From: the human T2T-CHM13v2.0 reference genome, Homo sapiens
Strand: one strand, 5' to 3'
Assembly (NCBI RefSeq): GCF_009914755.1
Contig: NC_060935.1
Length of the DNA stretch: 64,000 nt
Below are positions 14,631 to 31,300 of this stretch, piece by piece; position 1 is the first letter of the stretch, and each line of letters begins with the position of its first letter. The notes beneath the pieces are model-generated. The model saw nothing but the letters and a program-made list of their open reading frames with translations. It had not been told where the DNA came from and ran no database searches. Made by a program: the position numbers and the translations under genes.

Positions 14631-14857
14631 CAGGTCCTCCTTCACTCACAATGGAATTAAGTCTTACTAAACTCACCTAAGTTGAAAATAATTATACACC
14701 TAAAGTGTGTTTTTGACTTAGGATATTTTCAATTTATAATGGGTTTATCCAGACATAACCTCATGGTAAGTTGAGAAGTGTATTGAATGAGTATGGCTAT
14801 TGCACCATCATGAAGTCAAAAAATTTTAAGTAGCCATCTTAAGTTGGGGGTTTCCTG
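14631..14857 (+). mobile_element. MER47-family (Tigger-type) MITE
   Basis: CAG...CTG termini followed by TA; MER47-like 5' and 3' ends. Confidence 0.65.
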
Positions 14858-15659
14858 TAATGTGGATGGGATAATACAATAATGAGCATTAAAGTTAATA
14901 ACTAAGCAAAGCATACATTATATTAAAAGGTGATAAGTAGTATAGAAAAAATTAAAAAGCATTTAAATAGAGTATACAAATGGTGAACTAGAGCTTAAGT
15001 GGGTGTAATATTAAATAAAATGAGGAAAGTCTAATTGGGAAACTGACATTTGAATCTTTGCCTCTGTAAAAGGATTACATTTAGCTCTTGTATTTCTTCC
15101 TAAGACCAATGTAATATTAATGCACTATTAATCATAACACTATATGTCTGATTTATCATTGTTAACCCTCTCTGGAGCACACTCATTCTATTTTAACTGT
15201 GGCTACAAAGTCATTAACCAATGTGATTTCAGCAAAATAATTTTTTTAGTGTAAATATCCTACTTTCTTTACCCTTAATATAAGTAACTTTGAGGAGATT
15301 GTACCTTTAAATGTCTCTAAATGTGGCTGTCTTTTGATATATCAGCAATCCTCACAAAACAAACTGTGAGGGAGAGGAAACTGAAAAACATATTAGCTTA
15401 AAAATGAGAGTAAACTTTGAAAATGAAAACAAGTGTGACAGATATTCCCTCTCAGCACTTCTCAAATGCAAGTTGTCACTGTTAGAAAAGAGCTTTGTTT
15501 TTAGACAAAGACCTTCTTGTACAACTTACACTGTACCATCCATTGTTCTATGACTGTGAATAAATAGAATCTTGCACTCTTAGCCCGGAATTTTCTTTGT
15601 TTCCTTAAGCTTCCATCTCCCTAACTCTTATTTATAGAGACAGAATTGGGAGGCAAAAC

Positions 15660-15826
15660 CAGTGATTCTCAAAGATGGTCCTTGGACCCTCAGAAACAAT
15701 ATCACGCTTGTTACAAACACAAACTCTCAGGCTCCACCCCATTAAACTTAGGGAGTGGAAACTAGAATCTGTGTTTTACAAGCCATCCAGATTATTGTGA
15801 CAGACACTAAAGCTTGAGAACCACTA
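15660..15826. mobile_element. MER5A (hAT-Charlie MITE)
   Basis: Terminal inverted repeats cagtgattctcaaag ... aagcttgagaaccacta. Confidence 0.75.
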
Positions 15827-15942
15827 GATAGACTATATTTTATGAACATCGCAAATTGCTAATTTTAAATAGCATAAAGCAGAGTCCCATATTTCATATT
15901 CCACAGGATTCAGACGTAAATTCAAAGATTACTGATCGTGAA

Positions 15943-17240
<1,298 letters not shown>

Positions 17241-17915
17241 TCATTATACTTTCTGCTATCATATACTATCTGGTCTTTTATATTTAGCTTCAATCTGATA
17301 ATATTAATACTATTTTTAAATAAAAATGTATTGTTAATTTTTGGTATACATAAGTCATGAAGTTATATCACTGTAAATCATAAAGAAGGAGAATATTAAT
17401 AAAGAAGGCCCAAAGTGCAAAAACATAAGGAAAATAATTTGACAACGTCAAAATTAAGGATCTCTTTTCAACAAAGGAAAACACAGAGTGAACAAAAAGA
17501 TGAAAAATTAGAATAGGCAAAACTAATTTATGGTGGCAGAAATGTCAAAGAAAGATATCCTCTGGGGTATGTAGAGTTGATTAAGAAGAACCATAAGGGA
17601 ACTTTCTGAAGTGAAGGTAATATGCTGTACATTGATGGGATTTGGATCACCCAGATGTTGGCATTTGTCAAAAATCAATAAATGTGCATTTGGGATTTGT
17701 GCATCTCATTGCAGTAAGTTGTATCTTTAAAAATACCATTAATAAAATATAATCAATATTCCTTCTTCTTACTAAGACATTCTCATTACTTAAATGTGGA
17801 AAAATGAATTGGATTACATTAAAAGTCCCTTTATGACCCTTTAATTATCGGCTGAACATATGAAGAGAAGGAAGGCTTCTTTTTGTCATTTTTATTTGTT
17901 GCACTGTGTTTTTAC

Positions 17916-18017
17916 CTCTGGCATTCCTTGAGGAGAGAAAGCACTGAAAGGTGGTACAATATCCGAAACATTTTCATATCCTGGAGGAGGTGGTTCAAAT
18001 AATGATGTGTTGAAAAT
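17916..18017 (-). CDS. FOLH1: FOLH1 exon 4 (102 nt): [34 protein letters not shown]
   Basis: Acceptor tctctag|ATT, donor GAG|gtaaaa; phase 0-0. Confidence 0.98.
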
Positions 18018-19000
18018 CTAGAGAAACAAAATATTATAATCAAAATAAAACAGTTAAAGTTTGATTACTATAATCAAACACAAAAAAAATGAATATTATC
18101 TTTTATGTCAGTAGAGGGTGAATGAATCCTTCAGGATTTTGATGATAGTATCAGATACCCAGCACTATGCTAGAAGTTGTGAAGAATTCACGAGATGAAT
18201 AAATCACAGATTCTGTCCTCAAAATGGTTAGATCTATTCAAGGAAACAAAGCTAAAAAAACCCCACCAATAACTAAAAATCAACCAAATGAAAAACAACA
18301 ATCATAAAATAAGTAAGTACTATAGAAAGAAAAGCTCAGAGGAGGTAAAAAGATACTCTTCCAAAAGGAATACTATATACTGTAAACTGTGTACTGATAG
18401 AAGGAAGAATTAGAAATTTATTTTTTGTAAGTGGCATACATACTAAGCTAGTGTGAACACAAGCCTAAATATGTAGTTGCTTCACAGAAGGTTAGAAGTA
18501 AATTAACCTCATGAATTTCTTGAGAGAACTTGTAAGGACTAGCTTTCGATTTTGGAGAAAGATTTTAATCACCAAATAAAAAGTACCTTTGTTTGGTAAT
18601 CTCAATCATTATAATAGTGCTTAGATAATTACCTAGGAACAAATTAAATATTAAATTTACTTTAAAAAAAAGTACATGATTGGGGAATCCACAACTGGCC
18701 TTATCTAGATTCTCTGAACAACATATGCACTGAAAAGAATGAAAAACACTGAACCAAATATATGTTTTTTTAAGTTTAAAATTAAATTGGAAAAAAAATA
18801 GTAAGGAATATTCAGAAGCAAAAAAATAAAATGAAAGCAAGAATCCTCAGAGGTAGCACGAAATTTGGCTTTGCCTTAGATGGATCTATCAAAGCCTATG
18901 GCCCCATGAAAAGGATTCAGGAGTTAGTTTAAAGCTGGTTCACATAATGGAATCTAGCAGAAGACTGTGCATAAAGCTGGTCTAAGAACAACAATATCCT

Positions 19001-19278
19001 GACCAGGTGAGGTGGCTCACGCCTGTAATCCCAGCACTTTGGGAGCCCAAGGTGGGTGGATCACGAGGTCAGGAGTTTGAGACCAGCCTGACCAACATGG
19101 TGAAACCGCGTCTCTACTAAAAATAGAAAAATTAGCCGGGCCTACGTGCTTGTAATCCCAGCTACTCAGGAGGCTGAGACAGGAGAATCACTTGAACCCA
19201 GCATGCAAGCTTGCAGTGAGTGGAGATCATGCCACTGCACTCCAGCCTGGGTGACAAAAAAAAAAAAAAAAAAAAAAA
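19001..19278 (+). mobile_element. AluS (Sg-like)
   Basis: Alu consensus; TSD aagaacaacaatatcct. Confidence 0.92.
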
Positions 19279-20995
19279 GAACAACAATATCCTTCAGGGT
19301 TAAGGATAAATTCAAAATAAACTTGCTCCATGGAAAGTAATGGCTTAGCGTAAAGCAGGAAAAAAGGGTTCCAGATAATTCATAACCCTACAAATTTCCA
19401 TTCACTGTTTATATAGTATGCCTCAAGCGAAAATATTTATTTTAAAGCAGTGCCAGGTTTGTAGTGCTCCCTGGGGCCTAAGAGAAATGATCAGGAGGAA
19501 TCAGCCTTCAAATTAGCCTTAAAGAATTCCCAAATTCTTATTACTATCATATTAATAAACATATTTATCAAGTTTATGAAACAAGACTGAATTAAAATTA
19601 TGCATATAAATTGGTAATATATAACAAAAGTGAAAGTGTTCTAAGGTTTCTATATTGTAGAAATATTGATTGAATTATGACACCAAAGCTTTAGGGGAAA
19701 AAAGGAAGAGTAAAATTCACACTAGAGGAAGGTAAAAGTGACCTAAATATTGTATATCAGAATTATAAAAAATGAAAATGGAAAAAAGAATAATTAAAAA
19801 GCGTAGCATGTCTAAATAAAATCAGCTGTGTACCAATTGACAAGCAGTGACATAAACCCGCTGAAAAAGAAATACCAAACAAATATTAATTAAAAAAAAT
19901 TTTAGGACAAAGTCAAATAACATTATGACGAGATAAAAAAGGCTACTACATAAGTATAAGTCTGTCATTTCATCAACAATTCTGTTTATATATGATAATA
20001 GGTCTCCAAATTATACATAACATAAATTTATGGAATTATAAATTTTATATATATAGTATAAAACAGACATCACTATAGTGAGGTGAGATAATTTAACATT
20101 TATCTCTAATTAATAAAGGAAGCAGACAAAATGAGAGAGCACATTAAGGATAATGGAGATTTCAGCCAAATAATAAGCAAACTCAAACTAATGTACAAAT
20201 ACAAAATATTAAACCAAACAACCATCAAATACATGTTTTTCCCAAAGAAACACAGAACGTCTATAAAAATTGAGCACATATTAGGTTCCAAAGGAAGCCT
20301 CAACAATTGTCAAAGGATTAGTGTCCTACAAACCACATTATCTGATCTCAATATATTCAATTTAGAGATCAGATCAAACAAATAACAATAACAATCTTTA
20401 TATTCAGGATTTTAAAAAATACTTGTAAATAGTTGCAGGATCAAAGAAGAAAATACAGAAATTAAAAAATATTTAGATACTAATGATAATTAAACTACTC
20501 CTAATCCAAATTTGTGAGATGTAGTTGAAGTGGAAAGGGAAGTTAAAGGGGAAATTTATGGCTCTAAATACTCATAGTAGAAATGAAGAAAGACTGAATG
20601 TCAATAAGTTAAGCATTCTACTGAGGATTTTACAAAGAACAGCAAAGTAAACACAAAGAAGATAAAAGAGGCAATTATAAAACAAGAACAGAATTAATAA
20701 AATATAAAGCAAAGATAGATGAGAAAAGATTGCCAACGCCAAAGTTTATTCTTTGGATACACTAGTAAATTTGACATATCCCTCTCAAGAGCAATAAGAA
20801 AAAAAATAGCAAAAGCGCAAACAAATAATATTATTTATTAAAAAGAGGCACATCTACAGACGCTGAACAGATTACAAAAGATAAGAAAATACTAGGAACA
20901 ACTATACTATAAATTTGAAAGCTTACATCAAATGGAAAATGCATTTTAAATAAAACTTATGAAAACTGACATAAGAATACATTTTTTAAAAAATC

Positions 20996-21540
<545 letters not shown>

Positions 21541-23352
21541 ATAAAACCTACTTCAGAAAATATTAAAAACCCAACTCATTTTAGAAGGCAAGTAGAATAT
21601 TGAAATTATAACCCAACAAATAGATTGCAAAAACACAGACTAAACATGCTATGAGTATAAACATAATATATATCAATATATGAATTTAAAACCCTAATGC
21701 TAATATTACAAGTTCAAAAAATATAAGATTATTCTAACATTAGAATATCACTGAATGTCATCTTCAGATCAAGAAAGAAAAATCGCATGCTCATCTTAAA
21801 GAAAAATGTGTTTAATATAAATCCATACAGCAAAAAATTTTAGTATATGTGGAAAGGATGTACTTTAAGATAACCAGAAAAAGAAAACAGTAAATACCAT
21901 AATTAATGGTGAGAAAGAATTAAAGGTATTTCCTTCAAGACCAGAAGAAAGTTAAGGATATCTGCTATCAAAACTTCTTTTCAACATTATATTGTATAGG
22001 TCTTGGTCAGTGCAGTAATACAAATGGGAGGGATTTGGAGATGAGGAGGGGATCTGGGCAGATTTTACATTGTACTGACTAGAGCAGTAGTTATTTCCCT
22101 TTTCTGACATGGATAGAAGCTAAAATGAAACCAAATCAACTACGACTTGCCACATCCCCACATATTCCAAATTTCCCATATTTTTTTCTGTGATTCACAT
22201 GAGAAATGAACTCATCTGAATCACTAGGTAAGATTAAAAGAAAAATTATGCTGAGGTGCAATAAAAATCAATAAAGGAACAAAGTCATTATATAAGCATG
22301 TCTTTCAGGCAAGGGAATATTCAAACTTGTCTCACTTGATTTGCCTTTATGGTAATCAATTTTGCAGCACCACTATGCCACACTGAATTTTACAGCAAGT
22401 TTATGAGCTATTCTAACAAGTAAGAAAAGTTTTTAATGTCAAGGAAATGCCTTTTTGGTTGACTTTATCAAAGTTAGATTAAATTTCAGTCTTAGAGTAT
22501 TTTTTACTTTCCAAAATGCACTGGTAGCCTCAAATTATATATTCTGAGTATAACTAAAACAATATTAGTTTATAATTTCTGTTTACATTTTGTGACATAA
22601 AAAAGTCAATATATAGTTAAATCTTTATGGGATGTTATTTCTGCATAATCAAAGGTGAAACAATGTCTCTGTATACATTAAAAATATTTCTCATAGGATC
22701 CACAAAATACTAATCATATTTGTTGCCTACGGATGGAGAACTTGTCTGTTTTGTGCAGGGGTATAAAAGAAATCATAGTTTACCACATAGCTCAGCTGTG
22801 AACTGTTATTCATAACAATTAAATTGTACTGGGAGATGGGAGGTAGTAAGAGAACATGGTGGTTGGGGCCAAGGGATGAACAGGGAGCTGACTTGTCACA
22901 ATGTCAATAGATAATGCCTGCATCTGAAATAAAAGCCATATAAGCATGTAATTTATAGAAATAGATGTAAATATAAAAAGAATTAACTTATAGTTGAATA
23001 ATGATTGCCTCTGGAAAGAGGAAAATAGAGAAAAAGCAAGGCACTCAGGAAAATTATGTGGTTATGTACATATATAACTTGGATAAAAATAAAAAAGAAC
23101 TAATGATATAAATTTAAAAAATTAAGAAACTAGGTATCTAACACTATTCAGGAAAATCTCCCAAGTGAAACTTTTACATGATTCATTTTGTATTATGTAA
23201 CAGGCTTTGGTAACATTATGCATGTTTGTAATACAAAAGTAAATAATGAAATAAAATAAGCAATGGTATAGTCAAAACTGGGAAGTGAGGAGGAAGGAAA
23301 AGAGAAGAAAAAAACGACAACATAGCAAGACCCCATCTTAAAAAAAAACTAA

Positions 23353-23675
<323 letters not shown>

Positions 23676-23882
23676 TCAAATTTGATAGATCAAAGAGACG
23701 TTTAAGCATATGTATACATTTTAACATTGTCAATATTTTATTTCTTTAAATAAATTTTCTGAACATGTTTTAAAGACCCCTCGGTATTTAACTGTATAGA
23801 TATGCCACCACTTATTTAACAAACATTCTGAGACTATATGACGTGTAGTGGTATTGCCTTTTCAATATAATATATTTTAGGG

Positions 23883-24036
23883 TTTTTTTAGTTTGTTTTT
23901 CTTTTTTTTTTTTTTCCTTTTAAGATGGAGTCTTGCTATGTTGTTCAAGCTGGTCTGCAACTCCTGGCTCCAGCAATCATCCTATCTCAGCCTCCCAAGT
24001 AGCTGAGATTAGGGGAACATGCCACCACGCCTGGCT
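23883..24036 (-). mobile_element. Free Alu monomer (FLAM/FAM)
   Basis: Single reverse monomer with T-rich tail. Confidence 0.8.
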
Positions 24037-24752
24037 TAATAATATTTTTTAAAGTTATATTGTTAACTACTATGATTGAGAACAGTAGTTAATATGAAAA
24101 GCTCCAATCACATTAGAAAATTTAGTATGGAATTATATCACTGACTGTAAAACATAACAACGTATTAATCATTAAGAAGAAACTGATTCATTAGTCAATA
24201 AAAGGAGGTTATTGACCTACTATGAAAAAAAATTATATATGTACTTAAATCACATGACATTTTCAGTTCACTGATCAAACTGGACATATTTCAAGCTACA
24301 TGTAATTAAGAGTGCCCAGTAATAAAAGGACTAAAGGAACTTACCTAAATAGAAATGGACTCTTCTACATACGGTAGCTCTAAAACTGAGGTATGTTAAG
24401 TAAGGATGAATGTATGTTATATTTTGTGATCTTTCATATTGAACATACATCATAATAAATATATCAATTTATCTGCATTGTCTTCTCTTTCTCAAGTATA
24501 TGCCCCAACTTGCAAACAAGATTGCAAATTCTTTAAATACCATGCTAAAATACCTTGCCTCCAAACTTGTCCTCTCCAAATGTCCACACACAAATTCTTC
24601 GCACAGAGTTCAACCTGATCAATTGAGACATAATCATTAAGTACCAATAAAAACTTGCTGGGTCAAATTGCATACTGGATCCGTGCATTTCCCAGCAACT
24701 CCAAATCTGTGCAGTGTCTTTATAAATTAAACCTATCAAAAATGTATCTCCT

Positions 24753-25096
<344 letters not shown>

Positions 25097-25378
25097 TTAC
25101 AAGTATATCATATTTGATATTGGTGTGTAGTACTAAAAACTAAAAAACAGCAGCTGTTATCAAGCATTAATTTCTCGAATCTTTCTAAAACACAGTAAAC
25201 TCAAACATCATAGGAAAGTAGTTGACACGGATAATGAGATATTAAAGGTATTCACAAGATCCAATAATATTGATTTCTATTAATATTTAGAGATGGGATA
25301 GAACATTATTTCATAGAAGGTATTTGAAAAAGAATAAATGGGGGGAATGTTTCTTTTATTTATTTATTTATTTTTTAC

Positions 25379-25565
25379 CTCATTTCCATCTTCATTAATT
25401 ATTGAGATGTAGTTGGGATGAGTCTTATTTGGGTAGGACAACAGGACATCATAATGAGCTAGCTCAACAGAATCCAGGCCAAATTCTTTCCACTGGGATT
25501 GAATTTGCTTTGCAAGCTGAAAGTTTTGTTCTGTTCCTGCTAAATGTGGTATCTGTGTAAAATTA
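25379..25565 (-). CDS. FOLH1: FOLH1 exon 3 (187 nt): [62 protein letters not shown]
   Basis: Matches ORF 25364..25576; acceptor ccag|T, donor GAG|gtaaaa. Confidence 0.98.
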
Positions 25566-26376
25566 CTGGTGAACAAAAATTGAAAGTGGTTAGATATTAA
25601 TGTTTAATCAACTTTTATTCCAAATCAACAAAGTAAAGCAGAGTTACACAAAAGTACTTTGAAGTGTGATACGTTAAAAAATTAAAGTGGTAGTATTATT
25701 GCATGAAATAGATTTTCAAAGTCTGCTTTGAAATTTTTATGCTCTAATTTGTACTAAATCAAGAGAAAAATCGGAGAAACTGATTTTTGTATCATTATGT
25801 GTAATCCTATTACTATAACCTCGTATGGTAGATTATCATATTCTTTCTTAAGACCTATACTTCTTGGAACTTACATGGAATTATCTGTTTATATCACTGT
25901 GTAAAATATTGAAACAGACAAAAATATTTTATCCAAAAGATCAAGGTGTAACATGGCAAGAATTACTAATAATTACATTTATTTAAATACTGAGAGTTAT
26001 AGACAAGTGATAAACTTTTTGATTAGCAACCATTTATAAAGTATCTTCATCAAAGAATAATCTGAACATACCGATACAAGTTCAGAATGAATCTCTTGCA
26101 CTCCATCTATCATACAGAGTGACACACTTAAAATCAATGACAATAATTAGTCTGAAGAGGAATATCTTTAACAAAGAAATTATGTGGCCAAAATTTGGCT
26201 ACCAGAAATATTTTCAGGAGTAGACTAATTTCTCATTTAATATATTTAGATTCTGGTGCTTTTGATTGTTTTAAATTTCTCCCTCCTGGGAAATTTCTTG
26301 TTTCCCTGAAGAGCTCATTGGAAGTATTTTTAACTTAAGCCCTTAAATACATGACAAGATATTATGTAGCATGAAA

Positions 26377-26378
<2 letters not shown>

Positions 26379-26407
<29 letters not shown>
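26379..26407. repeat. (AT)n microsatellite
   Basis: ~14 perfect AT units. Confidence 0.9.
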
Positions 26408-26410
<3 letters not shown>

Positions 26411-27534
26411 CATAAACTTTTGGAACTTCATAAATTTCTAGTTTTAAATATGTAGCTTTATAAAATCAACATAATTCCATCCTTATGGTGATTTAAAAAA
26501 ACTAATAACCAACATGACTATGATAATTCCAGTTTCAAGTTTCATTCTACCATGTATTTTAATTTTTTTATTTGATGAATCAACAATGAATTAAAGTAAC
26601 TCAATTTTTTAAAATTGGAATTTCCTGTAACTTGTTTACTTTAATAATTATATTAAAGTTATTTAAATTGTATTTATAAAAATAGTATTAAAATCCTCGT
26701 TTGGTAAATGTTTAGGGGCAAAATATCTTACACAGAATTTCTAATATGGAAAATATTGTAACAAAAAGGACACAAACATAAGAGGCAGCTAAGGAGTCTC
26801 TATCCCTTATCAGTGAGCACCTGCAGGGAAAACAGAAAAACAGCCAACATATCGCTATTTTCTTGAATATTACAAAGATCACAAACTGCAATGTAACTAA
26901 TGTAGGATGCAGATATCCTGAAGTGCCAGCTATGCCTCTGTCCCTATAAGCAAAAGGAATTACTATGGGGAATCTTGAACCTACTCACAAAAAAGTGGGA
27001 GAAAATCATTATAAGGCTTTGCTACTATTAAGTGAATTTTCTTGTAACAGTCTTGTCACTACCAACTAGGAAACAACATTTTGCTATTATCAGGGTTGGG
27101 ACTCACTCATTTGAACAAAACACATCCTGGAAAAGATTAGTAGGAGAAAAAAAGATCCATTGCAAACACTAAATAAATTAATTAGCATAAATCATGTACG
27201 TGGTATAATACAGGTGTTGTCATTAACTCAGTATGTAACCCTAGCTGTGTCTTGAGTTTCTCATCTGTATATGGGGAGAACATCACTGTCTCACTACTTC
27301 ACAAAGACTTGAGGCTCAATTAGATTGCGTATTAAATAGCACTTCTCAATGATTTTAATCATTTGAGATGTGTGTCACAAGTTGTTGAACCTACCAGAAT
27401 ATCAAATTTTGTAAAAAATAAACAAGAATAAGAATAAAAATATGAATTTACAAATTTTCCCAAATAGCCAAATTCTGTTTATATATCACTGTAGGGCTGC
27501 TTTAAATGTGTTTCTAGTATTGTCACATTATCTC

Positions 27535-28045
27535 TTTTTTTTTTGTAAGAGACAGAGTCTCATTCTGTTGCCAGGCTGGAATACAGTGGTGCAATCATAG
27601 CTCACTAAAACCTGGAACTCCAGCTTCCTGAGTAGATAGGACTACAGACACATGCCACCATTCCCAGATAAGTTAAAAAAATATTTTGTAGAGACAGAGT
27701 CTCACTCAAGGCATCTGCCTGCCTTGTCCTCCCAAAGAGCTGGGATTACATGGGTGAGCCACTATGCCCGAATACATTATCTCAGTCCTTTAAAAGAGCT
27801 ACTGTTATTTCTGTTTTAGTACATTTCATCTTGTTTACAAATAATTTGGCAGTGTTTCCAAGACTTCAAGATGACGAAGGTATTTAGTAAAAGGTGGAAT
27901 TAGCTGGGCACGGTGGCATGTGCCTGTAGTACTACCTACTGGGGAGGCTGGAGCTCCAAGCTGCAGTGAGCTATGATTGTGCCACTGCACTCCAGCCTGG
28001 CAACAGAGTGAAACCTTGTCTGAAAATAATAATGATAATAATAAT
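27535..28045. mobile_element. Deleted AluJ (-, 27535-27771) and Alu right monomer (+, ~27897-28045)
   Basis: AluJ-type gcaatcatagctcact and gagctatgattgtgccactgcac. Confidence 0.75.
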
Positions 28046-28912
28046 TGAGATAATGTGACGATACTTGGAATATATTTAAACCAGTCTGAGAGAGATCTAT
28101 GAATGGATTTTTGCTATTCTGGAAAATGTGTAAATTCTTATTCTTACCTTTTCTTTTTAACAAAATTTGATATTCTAGTATCAACAAATTACTTGTGACA
28201 CACATCTCAAGTGATTAATAGATTAAGAAGTGTAGTTTAATATGTGATTTCATTGGGCCTATATATTCAAATACAGACCTATGTATTCAAATACAGACCA
28301 GTAAAATTCTGAGACCAAAAGTCTAAAACACCTTTTAAAACAATCTTATCTTGCAAAACAATGTGGAAAAGGAAGAATCCCTCTAGAGAGATGCAAAATG
28401 GTAAACAGATCTGTGAATTCAACTGGGTGTTTTCAAAGAAGGGAAAACACAGACAACCCTGTACATCAAGGCAGAGTGAAAAAAAGCTGCTCCTAATTAA
28501 TCTTCCCATTCACTACTGAGGCAGATATTTCAGAGGCAGTGGGGGCTTTTAAGAGCAGAACAAAAGATTTTAAAGGGGGACCAGATGGAAGGTCAGAGGT
28601 TTTAATAGTCTCTGACCCATGGGTATATTTTAATTGAAAGCTCTCTGATGGACAAATGGCAAATTGAAAATCTGGAGAGTTTAGGAGGCTTCTGGAGATT
28701 CTGTGGTCCTTGGAGGAATGAGAGGGAATTCTTTCAATTTCTTTCTTTTGTGTGTTTATGCTGAATATCCCCCTGTGTTCTGGTTAGAGGAGCTTGGTTA
28801 GAGACATGGAGAATAAACAAGAAGCTGACTGCTTAATCTTGCTGAGGGTCCAAAAAGAGAAATAAAGGCATTTATTTTTCTTCTTTGTTGGTCAATCTAT
28901 GTCACAAGTTAG

Positions 28913-29586
28913 TGTTACAAGTAGTTAGACAGGAGCAAGTCAGGAGGGGGCTCTCCCCCCACCCTCTAGAATGTCAGGTGATGGTTCAGTTCAGCATTGA
29001 TCGCATTGCCTCTCTAAAAATGATTTAGCAGTGCCAGGGAGAGGCCAGCTCTTGATGGTCCACACCTGTTAACACCAAAATGTTAACTGAATGCAGACTC
29101 CAGGGAGAAGCAACTTCCTGGGCATGCGTGTTAGAGACAAAAATGGTATAGTATAATCTTCCAGGTACACTCCACCAGAAAAAGGAAGAGAGACTCAGAT
29201 GGGCCTGTGTATACTTCCCTAAACACATTGCGGGTGCTCTTTTCCCAAGGGTTAGGAGGGCTGGGCAGCCCACCCTAAGAGAAGAATCATGGGAAAGAGG
29301 CAAGCGTAAAGAAGTCCTACGATCACAGTTAAGTGGGGCACTTGGCCTTCTCTCACCTTCATGTGCCTGCTTGGCTCTCTTCCAAGCACACCTTCCTTTC
29401 TTTCCTGTTATAAGGCCTTTTAAAATAAACTTCCATTCCTGCTCTGAAACTTGCCTTGGTCTCTTTTTCTGCTTTTGCCCCCAGTTGAATTCTTTCTTCT
29501 GAAGAGGCAAGGACTGAAGTTGCTGCTGACCTTATGGATAGGCTGCTGATAACTTGGAGTAACTTGGATCTCTTCCACCACTAATA
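28913..29586 (+). mobile_element. ERV1 solo LTR (MER50/MER83 group), antisense to FOLH1 in intron 2
   Basis: TGTTACAAGTAGTTAGACAGG start, AATAAA at ~29424, LTR-like U5 end; ~670 bp. Confidence 0.7.
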
Positions 29587-30056
29587 TTGGGAAAGGAAGA
29601 AAGCTGGAACAGCAGCTCTGTCAAGGAGTAAAGACCATACCTTGCCAGACCTCCACTTTTATTATACCTACTATACATTATTAGAGTGGAATAAGCACAA
29701 CAGGCAGAGGAGGGTTTTCCACAAAGATAAAGAAGTTTGAGCTTCAGAGTCTCACATTTGAAACGGCCCTTCCAAAGACCTGAGAGGTATCCTATCAATT
29801 TGTATTTATACTTTTAATTCTGTTGTAATTAATACAAACATATATATGTTTGTATGATTATATGTGTGCACATCTATGCATACCTATGTGCATGTGTGTG
29901 TGTGTAATGGTCTTTTAATTTAGAATTACAACCTTTATTCACCAGCGAATCCTGCAATCATTAGAGGGACTTCAAGTATTTTAGGACACATGAGCTAACT
30001 CAATTTGTAAAAATTCACAAAAGGATCTCATGCTTAAAAAAAAAGCAAGTATTCTG

Positions 30057-30368
<312 letters not shown>

Positions 30369-30706
30369 CAAGTATTCTAATCAATTATATATAGTAATTC
30401 TATATAAGTATTTTCTTTTTGGTTGCTTTTTAAATTTACTTATTTATCTCTTTCGTCCTACACTGGAAATAGCTATTTCAGGAAGTAGGGAGCTAGTTTT
30501 TAAAATATGCCAAATTTATGCTAAATATATGCTCTTTGACTTCATCCATATCATAATAAGATCATTATTCCCATTTTACAGATGTGGAAAAGAGAGCTCA
30601 GAAAGGTTAAGTATTCATCCAAAGTATTAATAGGCAAAGATGGAATTCAAACTCAATTCTAACTCAAAGTCCATTTTTTTAACTAAAATGCAATATCTTT
30701 CTCTAA

Positions 30707-31005
30707 AGCATTAATCAGCAAACTAGGTTCCACTGGCCAAATCTGGACCACTAACTGTTTCTGTACAGTCCACAAGCTAAGAATGGTTTTTATATTTTAA
30801 ATTGGTTTTAAAAATAATATTTTTGACACATCAATTATATGAAATCCAAATTTCAGTGCCCATAAGGAAAGTTTTATCAGAACTGACTGTTTATGTATTT
30901 TCTATGACTTCTTTTGTGCTGCAATAGCAGAGCTGACTAGATGTGACACAGATCAGCTGGCCTACAAAGGCTGGTCCTTGTACAGAAAAAGTTTGCTGAC
31001 TCCTG
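30707..31005 (+). mobile_element. MER58B-like hAT MITE
   Basis: cagcaaact...ggccaaatctgg...aagctaagaatggttttta...cagaaaaagtttgctgactcctg. Confidence 0.75.
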
Positions 31006-31194
31006 CTCTAAACCTCTGTAATGACAAAATTTAGCTGAAAGTATAGTCCTCCTCAGATGAAATATGATCCAAGATCTTTAATAAATAAAATTTTAAGAAA
31101 AAAGTCCAGTTCCTATATATAAAATATTGGACCAAAACAGAATGATAAATTTTTCTAACAACTTGTCCATATAAACTTTCGAGGATGTACTTAC

Positions 31195-31300
31195 TGTAAG
31201 AACTTCTTGATGTTCTCAGCTTTCAATTCATCCAAAAATGCTTTCATATTATGCTTTGGAGTAATGTTAGTAGCTTCATTGGAGGATTTTATAAACCACC
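31195..31300 (-). CDS. FOLH1: FOLH1 exon 2 (106 nt): WFIKSSNEATNITPKHNMKAFLDELKAENIKKFL(H)
   Basis: Acceptor ttttcag|GG, donor CA|gtaagt. Contains Met58 at 31247 (PSM' start). Confidence 0.98.

Noticed and set aside
20131-20385. 84-aa ORF resembling an endonuclease
   Set aside because: Decayed L1 ORF2 remnant; neighbouring sequence is full of stops and frameshifts.
29025-29510. 161-aa minus-strand ORF in intron 2
   Set aside because: Lies wholly within a solo LTR read antisense, has a non-ATG start and shows no gag/pol/env similarity.
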